A stretch of 63,479 nt of DNA, the filler included, from Olpidium bornovanus S191 (lineage: Eukaryota; Fungi; Olpidiomycota): the NCBI GenBank assembly GCA_017911155.1. It is 32 parts of 32 records of this genome, joined end to end, with 100 filler letters (N's around TTAATTAATTAA, not from the genome) between each part and the next. Parts side by side here need not be neighbours in the genome. Positions count along the whole stretch, not along the records: positions 60,075 to 62,066 come from JAEFCI010008099.1; positions 62,167 to 63,479 come from JAEFCI010004435.1; 30 more parts are not named here. One strand, written 5' to 3'. The notes under the pieces are model-generated. The model saw only the letters and a program-made list of their open reading frames with translations, did no database searches and was not told the origin of the DNA. Positions 60,110-63,479 of this stretch are shown here, piece after piece. Each line of letters starts with the position of its first letter. Position 1 is the stretch's first letter. The position numbers were made by a program, and so were the translations under genes.

Positions 60110-62030
60110 ACGACGGCGCACCTTTCACAGTCAGGGATCTACCAAAATCGTAATGGTGCGCGTTTTCCTTCGTCTGACGCGCCCATTCCGGCAAGACCGG
60201 CGCCGGCACCGAGCGGCCGGCCTGTGCAGGCGCATCGACGTCGGCAGGGGAGGCGCCGGCTCCTCCGACCGGGGCATATCCGTCGTATCGACCGTCGTTC
60301 GGGTCCTCTTCACTTATCACGTAGCCTTCATCGTCCAATTCGCCACCCTCTTCGTCCTCTTCGTCTTCGTCTCCGTCTTCACCGTCGTCTTCGTCCTCTT
60401 CCCTTTCACCGTCATCGTAATCGGATTCTTCGTACTCCGAGTCTTCAAGATCCGAATCCTCAAAGTCTGTCGGTTCATAGTCAGAGCCGAACGCGGAACC
60501 TTCCGAAACACCGTCAGCTGGCAAGTGGACGCCGTCAGGCTGTCCAGAACGGAGGTCCCCTTGCGCAGCAACCTTTATCTGCGGCTGTGGTTGGTGGTGG
60601 GAATGTTGTTGATGCTGATGAGATTGCGGTTGCGGTCGCGCCTGCGCAGGCTGTTTGGAATGCCCTTGCGACTTGTTCGCGCAGGCAGCAGCGGGAACGT
60701 GGCGCTCCTCGTCTTGCGGGAAAGAACTCTGCTGCGGGTTCGCATAATATTCGAGTTCTCTGTAGTACGTGCCGTAAAACCGCTCCAGCTCCAGCTCAAT
60801 CACGTTACTGCAATGTGAAAGTCGCTGGTGAGCATCCCGTGCGGCAAACGGCAAGACGACTGACAACGCGCGCGCGCACTGGCAAAGCAAGTCAAAACGC
60901 CAAACCAAAAAAAAAAAAAAAAAAAAAAAAAAAACCCCCGACCGTTTTCGCCCGCCTCCCGCGCAGCAACAGGCCTGCTTCTGCCGCTCTTTCATTTTCC
61001 GGAAAAAGATAAGGACGGCCTCCCGCTCTATTTGGACGAGCCGCTTCCGCTCGCCCTCGGGCAGCTGCAGCCAAAACTCGCGAAGCTTGCCGCGCTCTTC
61101 GGCGGTGTCGTCTTTCCAAAACGAGTCGGAGAACAGACTCTTCCTCTCGGCAGCCAGTTTCAGGTTCGCGAGGCGCTGCTGGCGCAACTGCTGCTGTTGG
61201 CGTTGCTGCTGTGTTCGGGAGGCGGCCCTGTTCCCCGTCGAGGGAGGGGGGCCGTCGCCAACGTCCTTCTTGCGCTTGCCGGCGCGGCTGCAGGGCCGGG
61301 CGGGAGCCCCTGCGCCTCTGGCCGCGGGCGGCGCCGCAGGAACGTGCGCGGAACGCGGGGACGCCGGAGCAGGTTTGCCGTTCGGTTTCCCCGCGGCGGG
61401 CGGCGGGCAAGTGGCACGGCGCGACGCGCAGCTTTCGCAGTACCCCGCGACGACGGGAGCAGCGGAGGCCGCGGCCGCGGACGGGTCTTCCGGGCCGGCG
61501 TCTTCTTCCCCGTACTCCGGCGGAGGCAGGGCCGAGACCTGGTCTGCGTCCTTCTTCGGCTTCCTTTTCTTCTTCTTGCCGCCGTTGGCTGCGGCCCCGA
61601 CGCCGCCGCCGCCGCCGCCGTCGCCGCCTCCGGCGTGCGCCGAGGCACAGCCGCTCGCGCGGGGCGGCTGACTCGGCGAGGCGGGCTGCGCGCGGCACGG
61701 CGTCGAGGCGCCGTTGCCCGCACAGTCCTCCTTGACGATGTGCCGACAGAGCGTCTTGTGCTGGAAAACAGGAGGGAGGGGCCCCCTCGGCGCGTTAGCC
61801 CCTGGGGCGCACGGGCCGGCAGGCGGAACGACGAAGGGTAACGGCCGCCGCCGCCGCCGCCGCCGCCTCGGCTCACCTTGTTGTAAATGACGGCCTTGCA
61901 GGAGTCTCCGGCGGCCTGCGGCGGACTCGCCGGCTGGTGCTGCTCGTGGCCTGACGGCTTCGGAGTCGGCGGCCGCGGAGGCGGGCACCTGGAGGGCGCG
62001 ACGTCTGCGGCAGTCATCGCCAATCACGGG
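60110..62030 (-). CDS. NST1: Stress response protein Nst1, N-terminal part
   Basis: EERGKLREFWLQL.EGERKRLVQIEREAVL..RKMKE.QK..C.C..GRKR; IELELERFY..YYRELE.YAN; acidic tract; YDFGRSLTVKG. Confidence 0.85.
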
Positions 62031-62169
62031 GGTGCGGCCCAGACGGCCCGCGCGCAGGGGGGAGGGNNNNNNNNNNNNNNNNNNNNNNNNNNNNNNNNNN
62101 NNNNNNNNNNTTAATTAATTAANNNNNNNNNNNNNNNNNNNNNNNNNNNNNNNNNNNNNNNNNNNNCAT

Positions 62170-62890
62170 GTCTTATCTTCAAATTATACTCCTCCACTTT
62201 CGACGCTTCGTTAGGACGGACGGTTTCGTAACCAGGTTCGTTGTGGTACTGCAAACCAACAGATAATAATTTTCGGCCACCCTTCAGCAAGTTCCCAGGC
62301 GGGGCACTTACCGGGCAGTCGACGAACGGCAAGCCCCTTAACCTCCGCCCCTTACCGGCTTATCCGACATGAGACTTTGAATGGACAACAGAACTAGCCG
62401 GGTGAGCCGAGACAACGGGCTTCACGTCAACCGACGGAAATGCTGACCAAAAAAAAACCAGTGGACCGAATCCGCCGTTTTGCTCACCTGAGGATACTCC
62501 GTGAGCCGAGGACCATTGTTCTCCCGCTTGTCCGTGCCACGTGCCGAGAATGGAGAGGCACACTTTCCCTCCGGCGTAAATCTGTTATTTTTTTTGGAAG
62601 GGGGGGGGAAGTGGGGCGATTCAACAAACCTTCTCCTCCCAACCCCCACCACCCGCCACGTTCAGTGGATAACAAAAATCGCTGTTGGGCTCACGTTCGG
62701 GTTGAACCGCGTCCGTCCCATGTCCGTCGTCTGGCGGAAGGCCGCGAGCTACGTCAGCCCCCCGCATCGCCATAAAAAAGCCCAGGAAAAAAAGTGGTAA
62801 AACCCGAACGTACTAGCGCGGTGCACTTCGGCGCGCTCGTCGGGTAGTCCTTCGGGAACGCCAGGGAGAACTCGAACTGCCCTCCGGCGT
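62170..62890 (-). CDS. Ubiquitin-conjugating E2 of the UBE2Z/BIRC6-like class, internal exons
   Basis: YAGGQFEFSLAFPKDYPTSAPKC; TTDMGRTRFNPN; VCLSILGTWHGQAGEQWSSA; Y.NEPGYE; VEEYNLKIRH. Confidence 0.85.
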
Positions 62891-62920
62891 ACCTGCGGGC
62901 GCGGCCGTTCGCGCGGGCGC

Positions 62921-62955
<35 letters not shown>

Positions 62956-63288
62956 GGGGAAAAGGGGGGGGGGGGGGGGGGGGAAAACCAAAAAAAAAAA
63001 AAAAAAAAAAAAAGAAAACCACATAACATCGCTCGGGGGCAGCTGCGCCAGGAAGCCGTCGTGACCTCAAAACGTGCGAAGCCGAGCACATCGCGCTCGC
63101 AGATGCTGTAGAAAGAAAGGATATTTTGGCTGCGTCGTCTGGGGGGAGAGTGGGGAGGGGGGGGGGGTGGGAGAGCGGGACCGGGAGATGCAGGATACGG
63201 CGCGGGCCACGAGGGCTGGCCCATAAATGACAACCGGGCGCCCCCCTCGCCCGTTCCCCCCCGCCCCCCCCCCCCCCCCCCCCCCGGG

Positions 63289-63328
<40 letters not shown>

Positions 63329-63479
63329 CGGTTTTCGCGCGCGTAGTTTCGTAATCTGGGGGGCCCGGGGGGTGGTCGGCTTGAACCAAACAGAAAATCA
63401 AAAAAAAAAAAAAAAAAAAAATATTTTTTTGCGGGGGGTCAAAAAAGCGCCCCACACGCCGGACACCCGTGCTTTCCCC

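Noticed and set aside
60955-61015. Odd residues in Nst1 (extra IFF in AVL-RKMKE; CCCAGGGRKR in place of the usual CSCxxCGRKR)
   Set aside because: They are adjacent to a long homopolymer at an intron edge, so consensus error cannot be separated from real change without reads.
1281-62166. Regularly recurring TTAATTAATTAA as a CRISPR-like or regulatory repeat
   Set aside because: It is always centred in a 44+44 N gap, which is a standard six-frame stop linker.
1-63479. Any multi-gene cluster, operon or novel system inferred from gene adjacency (e.g. the GT61 enzyme with the repeat surface protein, or BUB1, CDC25 and CHL1 as a cell-cycle cluster)
   Set aside because: Neighbouring genes lie on different contigs joined by artificial spacers, so their order carries no biological information.

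Overview
This is not a contiguous locus. It is 32 short contigs (about 1.0-3.6 kb each) joined by 31 identical 100-nt artificial spacers (N44-TTAATTAATTAA-N44), so neighbouring genes are unlinked and no operon or cluster inference is valid. The DNA is GC-rich eukaryotic sequence with GT-AG introns. The gene set is fungal-like (SFH5, NST1, intron-containing tryptophan synthase, cytosolic Hsp90 ending MEEVD) and includes a ciliary gene (BBOF1), which points to a zoosporic, flagellated early-diverging fungus; an Olpidium/chytrid-type organism is my inference, not demonstrated. Most contigs carry fragments of housekeeping genes (PSY2/PP4R3, FYV10/GID9, BUB1/MAD3, TRP5, PRP39, SAM50, calcineurin A, mitochondrial PheRS, SSS1, CHL1, CDC25, HSP90, a UBE2Z-like E2). 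The most unusual items are: (1) a WSC-domain plus POMGNT2/GTDC2-like GT61 glycosyltransferase; (2) a 495-bp internally deleted Ty1/copia element with intact TG...CA ends and a perfect 5-bp target-site duplication; (3) a helical-repeat plus 2OG-Fe(II) oxygenase of an unassigned family; (4) an intron-containing bacterial-type GltP/DAACS transporter; (5) a divergent non-RD kinase with large inserts; (6) a GPI-type Ala/Glu/Ser repeat surface protein; (7) two non-coding repeat contigs; and (8) a technical signature in which 17 of 62 internal contig ends sit on CATG. I found no CRISPR array, rRNA or tRNA gene, and no multi-gene novel system that the sequence can support. Exon boundaries and protein family assignments were made by eye from recalled motifs, without database searches.
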